A stretch of DNA of 63,920 nucleotides, counting the filler, from Bigelowiella natans CCMP2755 (Eukaryota; Protista; Cercozoa): the NCBI GenBank assembly GCA_000320545.1. It is 6 parts of 6 records of this genome, joined end to end, with 100 filler letters (N's around TTAATTAATTAA, not from the genome) between each part and the next. Parts side by side here need not be neighbours in the genome. Positions count along the whole stretch, not along the records: positions 26,494 to 54,224 come from ADNK01001299.1; positions 54,325 to 60,448 come from ADNK01003274.1; 4 more parts are not named here. One strand, written 5' to 3'. Below, one piece after another: positions 42,420-54,552 of this stretch; position 1 is the stretch's first letter, and the number at the start of each line of letters is the position of its first letter. A program made the position numbers and the translations under genes. The notes under the pieces are model-generated. The model ran no database searches. It was not told the origin of the DNA and saw only the letters and a list, made by a program, of their open reading frames with translations.

Positions 42420-44625
42420 ATGCCACAACAAAAATCGATCACCAGCTTCTTTAAACCCAACTCGGCGAAGACGCCAAGTGGTGTATCAAAAGCCATAAAT
42501 AAGGTGGGGGTTGAGGGGGGGGTTGGCTCAGAAGGGACGCACCCCATTGCTAAGACTAAGAGCGAAGTTAAGGGCATTCCTTCGAAGCAGTTCCGTACTC
42601 CGGATGGGAATAAGAAGGGAGCTGATAGTAGCTTGAAAAGGTTTGTTCTTTGTGGACACTGTATTTAAAGCTCTAAAGACATTTTTGGTTGCTATGCTCA
42701 GGAAAGCGAGAGATGATATGACATCTGGACAATGGTTATCATCATCATCTTCATCATCATCGCCCATGCAACCTTCCAAGCGGACGAGAAGAGAGACATC
42801 GGTACCAAAATGCAGTGTTCATGTTCTTTTACATCAATGATAAAACCATCTTTTCAAGCCCGTGTTCACGTTCTTTTACATCAATGATAAAACCATCTTT
42901 TCAAACCCGTGTAGGCCTTGACTAAGAGCTCCGTCGAAGCTACAGTTAGAAGTACATAGCTTATTCAAACAATGCACAAACAATTAGTAACGTTTCAAGG
43001 CCTTCTGTCGGAACCCAAAGCATCCAATATCTTCTTCTTGTTCTCCTAGAAGATATGTATGATGTGTTATAAAAACGAAACGACAGTCCTTCGCTTGATT
43101 CTAAGATTTCGAACTAAGAATACGCTCTAGGCGATATTAAATCACGCTCACACCTTTATTTCCATTACCCTCCAGAAGAGATCTCCGATCTAAAGAAGCC
43201 AGCTCTGGCCTCATTGATGAGAAACGGGAAGGTTATGGCAGAGGTGGCGGTGTCATCATCGGCTACGGTGCAGGTCGTACTCGGCAACATCGTGAAAGAG
43301 ACCTCCGACGCCATAGTAAATGCTGCGAATGGCATGCTGGTACTACTTGTGGAAAAAAGAACAAAGAGTAGGAAATAGGCCAAGTTTCCGTGAACAACAA
43401 CAACAGCAGCAGCAGCAACAACACCAACAACAACAATAACAACAACAACAACAACAACAACAATAGCAACCATTAATTAACCACTTGATGCGTCTGGCTT
43501 ATCAACCTCGGCATTTTCACCACAGCAACATGGGAGCGGGGTTGCAGGCGCAATCCGAAAGGCTGGGGGGATTTCGATCCAACGTGAAAGTAACGACTAC
43601 GTCAGAAAGTAATCGCTGAAGGCTGCCAACAGAGTAGTCTTAGCAACAGTCATTAGAACCAGAAATTAGCGAGAAAGCATCTAAGACGATGCGGGTTTTA
43701 TCCGTGGAATACGGTTATATTTGTTTAAACTTATAAGACTTCACACCGTACTTTGCTATATTGTCATGTATCGCTTCGGCACAATGAGATACGCGTCCTA
43801 AGATTGCACCGGATAAACCCTCATGTTGATCCGTCTTTCTGTCGTTCTACTACGTTTTTGTGTCGGAATACTATGTTATTCTTCTAAGATTTGGGAGGGT
43901 CAGCGTCGGTGCGGTGGCAGTGACCTCCCCCGGAGAACTAAGATGCAAACACCTGATTCATGCGGTAGGCTGTCAGTCAAGTCGTGTAATCTTGTCTGTT
44001 TCCCCCCACTCCTCTCCCCCAGTAAGAGTTGACAAGTTGCGGTCTTTATCATGGTTGCAACCTAGAGAGTATCTTCGTAGACTCATGTCCATGCGTGAAG
44101 TTTGCCCTGCGGTGCGGTCTCAAAAGGGCCGCATTATTCGCAGAAGTTCTAAATCCATCATCTCAGCGCTCTAATCGCGTATTATGTGTTTTTTTCTTAA
44201 AACGACTACCATGATTGATGATGATTGAAAGCACACTTCGGCTTGTACCTGCTGCTGCTATGATAGGTGGGGCCGCGGTACGACAGTAGCCGACATGGGC
44301 TGTGCTGCAGGCAGCTTGCTTCTGCCATAAAAAACGCGCTGAAGATGGCAGAGGAGAAGGAGCTCGCGTCGATCTCCATTCCAGGTGAGAATAGGAGCAT
44401 TGGCGATGTCTTGTTTATGCACTGCGTAGTATTAAAAACGGTGTTGTTCTCTCTCATGACCTTTTATGCGGTGGATGAACTGTTTTTGTCTTGTCTTCGC
44501 AGCGATCTCCAGTGGCATTTTTGGGTTCCCGCTCGAGAAGTGCGCTGATATATGCATTCAGACCGTGGCTCGCTATGTTTCTGAGAAGAGGCCATCTAGC
44601 CTCTCCACGGTGTGTGTGTGTGTGT

Positions 44626-44667
<42 letters not shown>

Positions 44668-44877
44668 TGTTTGTAGAGTAAGGGGGGTGTATGTGAAGTA
44701 GCGAGGGGGCCTTTAGAAGATTCTAACGTGTGTGTATGGATCCAAAGTTGTTTTCTCTTTGCATGGTCGGTCCAGAGAGCATTTCGTCCTTTATCTCAGA
44801 TTCGATACGTAATCATCGACCACGGAACGATGGCGCCCTTCAGAGATGCCCTAAGGAGGTTGCAACCACAGCAATGA
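42420..44877 (+). CDS. MacroD/YmdB-type macrodomain ADP-ribose hydrolase with N-terminal PIP box
   Basis: GNIVKETSDAIVNAAN (~43300), HGSGVAGAIRKAGG (~43545), KHLIHA/VGP, SISIP/AISSGIFGFP (~44510), stop at 44875-77. The N-terminus is MPQQKSITSFF. Confidence 0.9.
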
Positions 44878-45396
44878 CAAGTTATCATTCACCTTGGGTT
44901 CCGTTCTAAATGATGATGAGGGAATAGGCTAGTAGGGGCGAGCGCGCATGACAATGATCAATTCAAGAAAAGGTGTGTGCATCAAATGTTATTTTTCTAT
45001 TTTGCAGAAGCATTGAGGATGTACTAGTGTATTTCACTGCCCATAGCATGCATGTCGTACGCGGTTTTACATGTTTTTCGCGGTTTCGCTCTCACACACG
45101 CACATAATCTAGACTAGTAGACATGGAACCAGCGCCGCATCATCAAATTGATGCTTGGAAGCTCATGTCAACTAGCGCGCATGATCGAAAGTAGGTGCCT
45201 GCGCTCACATTATCGGCGAATTAGGAGCAATTGCGTGTCTATCGACTTGCTAGCTTGTCTGGATGTAACGATCTACACGCGCTTTCGATCTCACGCATGC
45301 AGTCACTACGTTACAACAGCATTGCTAGATTGGCGAAGTGCATTTTCCCAGCGCGCATGTACTGGATATAGACTAGATAGTATCGCTTGCGCTTAA

Positions 45397-46337
45397 TTAG
45401 GCTTGCTCATTACCGATGCAATTGGTATTGTTGGCATGCCTCGGCGACCTGGATGCATGTGTGTGCTCGAAGTATGCGGCCTCTGAATAAACCACGGAGC
45501 CGGTGCGCGTTTCACGGCGTACCTTACTGATCACGCTCAGCTCCTCCGTCGTGTAACCCTCGTCTAGGAACCAATCTTGCACGATATTGCTTCCTCTTTG
45601 GACCCACGACTCCCAGCCACCGCCCTCCTCTGCGACCATGTGCATAGAGAGCACGGCGTTGTATAGCAGCTGCGCAGCTGAGTTGTAGAAGTGCCTGTTG
45701 TTGGTCTGGTTTCTTGCTAAGATGAACAAGGCAATGGTAATGAAGGCAGCAGTAGCGAGGATGAAGCGCCGTAGCGCACGGATTCGTTCGGTCCCCCCTA
45801 ACACGCGTCCATAGAGCAGCAGAATGGGATCAATGACGCTGTCAAAATTGTCGTCAATGCTTGCCGCGAGCAACGTCCCGCCGATGACAAGAGCCACGAA
45901 GTCAGCGTAGCGCAACTTGATAGCAAACGTCACCTGCCAGAAACGTGGCGCAGATGACGAGGGCGAGGTCGAGGCCGTGAGACTCAAAGAGGACGGGGAT
46001 GGTGCTGGCTTCGTAGGGTGGCCTCCTGATTTCGCGTCTGTTCTTCTCCCGCCTCCCTCCGGCCCATTTGATCCTTGCCCCCCCACTTCGAAGAGGCTAT
46101 TGCCTTTCTTCTCTGGCTGACACTGGATCGCATCCGTCGTCAACAACGGAATTCTAGCCTTAGCGAGGACTAGAACGATCAAAATGGCACCGTACCAAAG
46201 ATCCGCCACAACGTAGCCGATGCACTCTGTCCTGATGCACTCGGAGCTCTCTAACGACGACAGCGGAGAACGGAGTCCATACTTTAGTTACCGTTCGTTA
46301 ATTCAGGTGCGATGAGAATATGAGGATGAAAATTATG

Positions 46338-46374
<37 letters not shown>

Positions 46375-47250
46375 CCAGAGAGGGAGGGAGAGAGAGAGAG
46401 GAAGTAAAAGAGGCACAATATTTTGACAAGAGAGGAGAAGATCAAATGAATAAAAATGGTCGGTCTCGCAGCGTACCTCTATCAACGTTGATGTTATATA
46501 TGTTTACGATAAAGTACAATAACGTCTGGAACATAATCAAAGCAGCTCCGCTTCTCCAGTATCTACATGGCGGATTTATGCTTAATCGCAATGCACCGAC
46601 TATCTATTTCGTGGTAGTTTCCACCTGAAGTCGCTATCGGAGCCGAAGGCGTATGGAAGCATCAAATATGGCGTACGCGATGCTTCTGCAGCCACAGTTG
46701 AGGTGAAGTCCTCCGGTCGCAAAGAACTCCACAGGTAGAGCAAACCCGGGACCGTGCAGCACAGTGACATCAGCAGCAGCCTGTTTGTAAAAAAAAAGTT
46801 CGCAACGCGACGTCGTAGTCAGCACAACTTTCGACTGGCCCCATTATTAATGAGAAGAGTTGCTAAGTGAGAAGACAAGAATCCCTTTCACGAAACTCAT
46901 CCGGTTCTCTACATTGATGATAAGACCTTCCGCGCCCTCTGCTGGCCGCAGGGTATTCCTTTGGCCATGAATAGAAAAATAGCTGTAATGCTCGACCAAA
47001 GCATCATTTACTGTGTCTTCTTACCTCGATTTCATCTAGGTCAAGGGAGAAGTCTTCCCTCTTGTGCTGCCTGGTAACCCTCTTCCTTACCCCGACCTTG
47101 ATATCATCCTTTTTCTTCTTGGACCTGTTTGGGCAGGAAAGGGGAGCGGGGGGGGGGGGGTGGGGAGGTGGGGTAGCAAAAATTAAGGTACCGTTCGAAA
47201 TTAGCAACCGATGCCGGAGACCTGTCGGGATTCATGATGATCTCTGCCAT
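45397..47250 (-). CDS. Hypothetical multi-pass membrane protein
   Basis: MAEIIMNPDR / SKKKK..DEIE / LFFYSWPKE.. / LLLMSLCCTVPGLLYLW.. splice in frame. The large terminal exon (ORF 45397-46209) has several TM segments. Confidence 0.6.
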
Positions 47251-47525
47251 TTGACGTTCTCTTCGTTTCCTTTTTCCGTACGATTCGTGCATGACGCTGG
47301 GGAAGGGAAAGGGTTTTGAGGCAATCAGCCGAGAACAACAGTTGTCGCAGGTCGCCATTCGCCGTGCAATTTATCCAAATTTTTATTTCGAAATGAAACA
47401 CTTTATGATTGAACCTGCGACAAGGATTTCTAGGTTGTCGCTGTATCTAAATAGCTTATGCTTGAGCAAATCCCAAGGTCTGAAGCTTGGATCGCAGTTG
47501 CATCTGAGCCCCAACCCGCCCCCTG

Positions 47526-48781
47526 ATGGCGGACAGGAAGGAGAAATGCCTTCTTCCTTCCGATCTGCATAGAAAGGTGCCTTGATTTTGAAGAATGGGG
47601 ATGGGTTTGGAGATAGGAGCTTCCAATGGAGTGCAATAAGTGCAATAAGTGCAATAAGCAGGAGAATGGAGTGATGGGAGAGGGAGAAAAGGAAAAGGAC
47701 GAAGGAAAGATTAGCACGAGTGATGGGTGGAGGTTCATGTGCGGGTCTACAACCTCCAATGAGCCTCTTGGCCTTGTTAGAAGTCAGACTTTTGGGCTTT
47801 GGTGAATATTCAAAAGTAGAAGCGTGTAAATACGTGCTGTATGAACGAAAGAGGCAAATCTTCTAGTTCTGCTCCCTCTCCATGCCAGAAAACAACGAAC
47901 TCCACATGATGCACCCTGCAAGAAACCTGCGGGATTACAAGTGATTGATGAATACAGAATAATTGGGAAGCTCCAAATGGGAAGGGTATGGGCATTGACA
48001 TCTGCTCATTTTCGTTGCTCTTCCTTTCTAACTTAGAAAACAAAGAATGTGTCGTCGTCGGGAGTCTCTAGCAAGATAGCTGCCGAGGAACTCATGGACT
48101 ACACGGTCAGCGTACAAACGGGCGACACTGCACGAAAAAAATTTGCATTTTGCATCTACAGGCATTTCTCCACCCCTCCCCCCCTCATAACATTCTGCCC
48201 TTGCTCCGCTTCCTCTTTGACATGTTTGGTTTGTTTCGATTCCGATCTCCTTCAAGATGACGTTGCACGGACCTTTCGATCGAAACGAAGAGCAACTGGT
48301 TGTCATTGCACCATCGTTATTCCTGCACGCACCTGGAGTCCATACGTCTATACATACAACTCCTTAAATTCAACGCGTTGTCCAATTTCATTGCCGACGA
48401 CTGACCAACTAAAACCGTGTCATTCCCCGCGACCATAACCACAGCTCTTTGATGCCGTGGAGGGGGGATTCGAGAAGACGATGTACGTACTCGAGGATTG
48501 ATTTGATTCTTTGTTAATGACTCGGTGTTGCTGCTCCCTCTCGCGTATCGTTCTCCGTGAGCATTTGTACCCTTAAATGGATGGTTGCACCCACCTTGCT
48601 TGTTTGTTACCGTTAAGGTTCACTGAGAGCGAGCTCCTTCATTCGTCAGTCCGGCACCAAAGGTTGATGTTGATGAAGGAGGCATGATGATCATCACTCC
48701 TCACGCAATCAAATCACTCTCCGTCCCCTTTCTCTTCTTCCTTTCTCTTTTATTTCTTCCTCTCTCTTGCGTGTGAGCGAT

Positions 48782-48820
<39 letters not shown>

Positions 48821-49193
48821 TTACTACTGTGCGGCGGCGGCGGCGGCGGCGTCTGCAACCACAATACAAATGATGAAGCGCAATGGCTAACAACTAGAAC
48901 CTACATGGATGAATGAGCAGGTTGCTAGACTCTTGGAGTCCGTATGATTTGGCAGTCTTTGAAGCCGGGGTGAGAAGAGAACACACCCCAAAATCGTAGC
49001 AGCATCGTCGCGTTTCTCATTGATGATGTGAAGGCATCAGACAAATCTCCATGCATGCCATATTAAACCACGAATATTGGGCCACCGTGCCATTCATTGC
49101 AGGTGTGCGCTTATGGCAAAGTCTTCCATAAGATTCAGAAGTTCTTACCGAACAAAAGTGTTAATGAGGTACCGATTGCAGCTTTGCAGTAGC

Positions 49194-49229
<36 letters not shown>

Positions 49230-49575
49230 TGTAGTGGTAGTAGTAGTGGTTATAGTGGTTGTAGTTGTAGCAGTACCAGCAGTAGCAGCAGTAAGAAATG
49301 ACAGTGAACGTGCATGTTAGTGTGCTATCGAGTCAGATAGTAAAGAGCAACCGTGCCTCATGTTACAGCGCAAAGTTTTCATCCAAAATTACTCGTCTCC
49401 TCCCCTCCACCCTCCCTCTCCCCCTCTGTGTGGCAAGATCGTGGAGTTGTTCTATTACTGGAAGGCTGGATCTCACTACTCCCTGTGGAAGAAGAATAAG
49501 AGGAAAACTAGAGAGCCCGCGGGTTTGTACTCCCAGCGAGAGAAATTGCAGAAATTACTCAAAGATTTTCAGTGA
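47526..49575 (+). CDS. SANT/Myb-like domain protein (co-repressor-type SANT)
   Basis: LLDSWSPYDLAVFEAG (~48940) / VCAYGKVFHKIQKFLPNKSVNE (~49120) / IVELFYYWK..HYSLWK (~49460). The 5' exons are less certain. Confidence 0.8.
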
Positions 49576-50417
49576 CAACTGACTTTCTGAATCGGAGGGA
49601 CATGGTGGCCAGGGGGTAGGGGTTAGTAGGGGTTTAGGGAGGGGGTTGTGGTTGCTCTGCTACTATACCAAATGTACAGTCAAGCATACTCATCAGAGCA
49701 TTATTTGTCATGGTAACCATGCGGCCAACCATGCATCATGTGTGCAATGACCGTTTGTTAATCTTATTAAAAATATAGATGGTTTTGAAGAAAAAACTGC
49801 TAAAAATTTTGCAGATAATATAAATCTATTTTAAAAATTTTATAAAAAAATTAAAAATAAAGTAACTCTAGCTAAAAATGATAAAAAAAAATCAAATAAA
49901 TTAAAAGGATCATTTAAAATTTGTTTTCTCTGTGTTTGTGTGTGTGGTGCGCGCGTGAAATGAAGCTACTAGCTGCATGTGCATGGTGGTTCTCTCCCTT
50001 TTAGCGCGCTCGTGCAAATGCACACACGAGCAGGAGTGCCCATTCCTGACGTCCCTGACACTCAATGCACAGCTGTGATTCAGATTCCAATAATAGACAC
50101 AGCAAAACACAATATATATTGCATGTCTAATATTCCATGCTTATGCTTGCGGTAAGGATGAACTTGATGCGATTGCGAGCTGCACGCACGCTACAGATGC
50201 CATTCTGCGCTGCATGCGTAGAATGATGATGCATGTTGTCATGTTAGAAACATTGGAAGAGGCGTGCATCTCATGGGCGCTGGACACTTTGTGCATTCAA
50301 GAATGTGTGGCTTTGTTGTGCAAAATTCTTTCTTTCTTTGTTTGCCCATGAAATTAACATTGTTCATTCAACATGTGCATGTCTAGATGTCTAGGTGTAC
50401 GATGTCGACCACACGAC

Positions 50418-51455
50418 TTAATTGGCACGTTTGTTGAGAAGTGAGTTCAGTTTTGCACTTAGATCTTTGGGGTTGAGGGCTGGCATGACCCTGACAGCTC
50501 CCGGCCTCTTAGAAATCTTCTTCACGAGCTTCTGCTGAGATATCTTCTCCTTCTTAAGATGGCCGGGGGCTGTAGAGTTGAGTTTCGCCGTCACCGATTT
50601 CTTCCTCTCTGCTTTCCTACTTGAGTGAGACAAAGTTGTTCTTCTTTCCTTTTCACTTTTAAGTGTCTTCTTGGACCAGAATTTCAAAAGGCTTTTCATT
50701 GTACTTCCAGAGCTATCTCGGTCTGCGAGTCTCTCAGCCTCTTCCTTAGCCTTACGCTCGGCTTCTTCTCTTGCAAGTCTCTCAGTCTCTTCCTTAGCCT
50801 TACACTCGGCTACTTCTCTTGCAAGTCTCTCAGCCTCTTCCTTAGCCTTACACTCGGCTACTTCTCTTGCAAGTCTCTTAGCCTCTTCCTTAGCCTTGCG
50901 CTCGGCTTCTTCTCTTGCAAGTCTCTCAGCCTCTTCCTTAGCCTTACGCTTGGCTTCTTCTCTTGCAAGTCTCTCAGCCTCTTCCTTAGCCTTACGCTCG
51001 GCTTCTTCTCTTGCAAGTCTCTCAGCCTCTTCCTTAGCCTTACGCTCGGCTTCTTCTCTTGCAAGTCTCTTAGCCTCTTCCTTAGCCTTGCGCTCGGCTT
51101 CTTCTCTTGCAAGTCTCTTAGCCTCTTCCTTAGCCTTACGCTCGGCCTCTTCTCTTGCAAGTCCCTCAGCCTCTTCCTTAGCCTTGCATCGAAACGCAAC
51201 GGCGCACAAAGCAGAAAGGAGAAGGAGTACAAATCCTGCAACTAGTGCAACTGGAGTTTCCTCCAGAATAGCTGCATATTCATCCACAATGCACTCTGTA
51301 GCGACAGGAATATTGGGATTATCATCGCTGAGTCCGAACAAGTTCCAGAAGCCGTGAGACGGAGGAGCCTCAACAGCAACAGCGGACGGGCACCCAGCCC
51401 ACCTTCGAAGGGCGACTTTGATTTCTTCTTTTAACATTGGTGTAATGATGTTCAT
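50418..51455 (-). CDS. Intronless single-TM protein with charged single-alpha-helix repeat
   Basis: 345-aa ORF. The TM segment VALVAGFVLLLLSALCAVAF is followed by ~9.6 copies of KAKEEAERLAREEAER. Confidence 0.8.
   Translation of the reverse strand: MNIITPMLKEEIKVALRRWAGCPSAVAVEAPPSHGFWNLFGLSDDNPNIPVATECIVDEYAAILEETPVALVAGFVLLLLSALCAVAFRCKAKEEAEGLAREEAERKAKEEAKRLAREEAERKAKEEAKRLAREEAERKAKEEAERLAREEAERKAKEEAERLAREEAKRKAKEEAERLAREEAERKAKEEAKRLAREVAECKAKEEAERLAREVAECKAKEETERLAREEAERKAKEEAERLADRDSSGSTMKSLLKFWSKKTLKSEKERRTTLSHSSRKAERKKSVTAKLNSTAPGHLKKEKISQQKLVKKISKRPGAVRVMPALNPKDLSAKLNSLLNKRAN
50724..51185. repeat. 48-bp coding tandem repeat (~9.6 copies)
   Basis: The unit CTTCTCTTGCAAGTCTCTCAGCCTCTTCCTTAGCCTTACGCTCGGCTT and its variants are directly visible. 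Confidence 0.95.
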
Positions 51456-51815
51456 TTAGATTCTTCTTGATTTCTTGTTTGTTTTCGAGTTATGATTGAC
51501 TTGCTCTGTATTTGACTTTCGTCTCTCTCTCTTTGAGGAGAATCCTTCTCCTTCTCGAGCCAACCGAGCCGAAGCACCGATCCAATTGCAGAAGTGCGAC
51601 AACCCAATCCCGCCTAACGCAGAGTGAAAACGGCCGACGACAGACACATTTCCGTGCTTGCCCCGGATCATCTTCTGACGTAGTACGAAAATACCCTGCG
51701 GTTTACCAATTTTTTTCTATTCAGCCGCACGGCGATACGAGTGGGTTCCGTGAAGATGACGGCGCAGCTAAGGTGTGACGATTGGAGAGGAGGAGGTGGA
51801 GGAGGAGGATGAATA

Positions 51816-53513
51816 ATGCATGGAATGGCAACTGAGAATGCATCATTTCGGAGGGTGAGGAGCAAAGTTGCGAAACTTTCATGCACAATCTTTCATGCAA
51901 AAACTGGAGTAGGCGTTCCGGCAAGTGCATCTGGTAAAATTCGGACAATGGCCCAGCAAAAAAATAGTTCTTATTTTCGTGGTACTGCCGTTGCGAGATT
52001 GTTTGCTAGCATATTACTTAATGGAGTATGGAGGGTCGCTCGATTCCCATCAACTGTGGCATCTTGTCCTTCTAGATCAACGATCAACGTTTCGGAAAAA
52101 ACATCAAAAACAGAACTCAAGCCCGACGAGCCGCAGAGTCTTCGACCGATGAACATGCACACATTGTTGTAGATTTCATTTTGTTTTGTGTTGCTGTACG
52201 AGTTCTTACTCCATTATGGAACAAACAATGAGTGTATCTTCCCTTCAACTGTAGGATCCTGTTCTTCCGGGTTGACGATGAACGTTTCGGAAATTTCTTT
52301 CCCCCTTCTCAACCCGAACAGATACCGAATGAGACATGCAGCGGGTGGTGGCATGAGGATGCGACAACCTGAAATACAGGAAATCCTGAAATCCGCACAA
52401 AGCAGGGTCAACAGTGAATAGATCAAATCAGCGCACAAAACCTTGTTACGACAAAGATTTATTTCCGAATATATCTAGTACAATGAGCAAAGGAAAAAAT
52501 GAATAAGATTTATTTGACATAAATCGACGAAAACACAGGGGGTTTCCACCGTGCATCGAGGAAGGGAAGGTCTTCCCCGAAAAACACTGATTCCATGGCG
52601 GCAACCACTTTCGCTTCGCTTCGAGCAAGCTAAGGGGGGGGTGGGGGCTGCTGACTTCTCTGCTGAGCGCCCTCCCGCATGCGACTTTTTCAGGTATATT
52701 TTCCCTACATCCTCCCCATCCAAGTTTCAATGATGGGATGTTCAGCAGTCATCAGTTCATCATTCACGAACGTACTCAGGGAATCCATGTGGTGGCCTAC
52801 GGGTGCGACGCTGCGCAACTAGAGATCTGGGAGCGCCAGGTCTTCATATTTGATTCATCGGATACGAACTTGATGCCATTGACAGGATTGCGCTTGCTTT
52901 TCAGGTTCGAGATCATGGAGGCACACTCATGAGAGCGCGCAGGGGAGATGCGATATCAAATGAGCAACTTCGTGCAGCGACACACGTGGTCTGTGCCACC
53001 CTTCCTCCAACAATTTGATCTTAAGGTGCGAGGCTTTCCGTAAACCGCTGCCTCTCCTCAAGACAGACTGGTGAGAACTGAATGGAGGAAAGTGGTTGGG
53101 GGTGGTGGAGGGGAAGCAGATGCCGCAATGAATCAAACTCCTACTTGTGTCTCCTCAAACTCCAGGTTGGCAGCCTCTCTGCACTACGAGAGACTAGTAT
53201 GGACCAAGTTTTACCACTGGAACCTCGCTGTCCGCGTCTCCAAGATGATAAGGAAGCGCACTGTGTCGGCTCCATGCAGCAATAGTCGCCTATCTTCTCT
53301 GAACTTCGAAAATGATATATCACCAAGAACCCGGATAAAGCGCAATCGGCCTGCGTCATTTACGGAGGCCAGACGAGTGACGAATCGACAAGGGGGAGAA
53401 ATATCCTCGCCGTTTTGCAATCCATCCTCCTCCTCCTCCTCCTCCTCTGGACGTTATGTAGGCAAGCTGCCCGTTGTGCTGACATGGAATGCCAACAACT
53501 TGAGAGCTAGGCT

Positions 53514-53560
<47 letters not shown>

Positions 53561-54108
53561 CAAGGGATTGAAAAGAAGAAGAAGAAGAGGAAGAAGAAGA
53601 AGAAGAAAAAAAGGAAGAATAAAGAAACACTCATGAATAACTGGAAAATTATTCCTAGGTCGGTCTTGGTGGAAAGGGTGGCTCTAGTGTAGGCGTGGGA
53701 GGGGGGGGTGAGGGCCTTAAAGACCTAGCCATCCTCCACAACGTCGACATTATTTGCATACAGGTGATGCGAGACTCCCTCCCTCCTCCCATCCTGCATG
53801 TCCATGTAGTCTTTATTTTGTGTTGGTCAAGTTCCAGGATGAGTTATTTTCTCGCCTCTCACCGTCCTCCCCCCCCCCTCCCCCTCCCTTCCCCTCCCCC
53901 TCTCACCAAACCTTACACCCACACCCACATGCCAGCGTATTTCGACAAACTTCTCCTTTGACATGAGAGATAAATGAGTCCCATATTCTGACTTTCTCAA
54001 AAGAGCGGCCGTTTGCGGCCACTCAGGAAATGCAATCTCGACACAGGGAAGAATGCCAACCGTCGAACCTTCTCCAATGCTGCCGATTACACGCCTCTTC
54101 TCTGAAGG
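51816..54108 (+). CDS. BRCT domain plus EEP (ExoIII/AP-endonuclease-like) protein, 3' truncated; 5' extent uncertain
   Basis: BRCT-like GIHVVAYG..WERQ/VRDHGG..ATHV and LLKTDW/LAASL (52780-53200). EEP motifs VLTWNANNLRAR (~53480) and VDIICIQ/E (53742-63, then 54028). Confidence 0.7.
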
Positions 54109-54224
54109 TGCGTGTGTGTATCCCGAATTTCACAAGCACTGTCTGTAGATAACTCTAGATATATATGCTATATCAGATGGAGAGTCGCCTCGTCGCGAGC
54201 ATGTATATGCTGAATTCCGGACAT

Positions 54225-54324
54225 NNNNNNNNNNNNNNNNNNNNNNNNNNNNNNNNNNNNNNNNNNNNTTAATTAATTAANNNNNNNNNNNNNNNNNNNN
54301 NNNNNNNNNNNNNNNNNNNNNNNN
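54225..54324. other. Artificial contig linker
   Basis: N44-TTAATTAATTAA-N44. Confidence 0.98.
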
Positions 54325-54436
54325 ATCTTATACACGTTATGATAGTACCGTCGTCCATCAAAAATGTAGGTAAGTAAACAACGTAGAAGAAACATAAAAC
54401 TATGAAAAACTGATGAATGGAGATGATGTCCATCTA

Positions 54437-54474
<38 letters not shown>

Positions 54475-54552
54475 AACACACCACTTATAGTTCTATAAAT
54501 CACCACACATTGATCAGTAGTGTTATCCTCATCTATTCATCATCATTACTAC

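Noticed and set aside
49609-49650. G-rich GGGGTTAG/GGGGTTTAGGG stretch as a telomere seed or G-quadruplex
   Set aside because: It is irregular and short, and G-runs are common across this window.
50625-51357. 206-aa and 228-aa plus-strand ORFs and a 127-aa alternative-frame ORF
   Set aside because: They are shadow frames of the 48-bp coding repeat.
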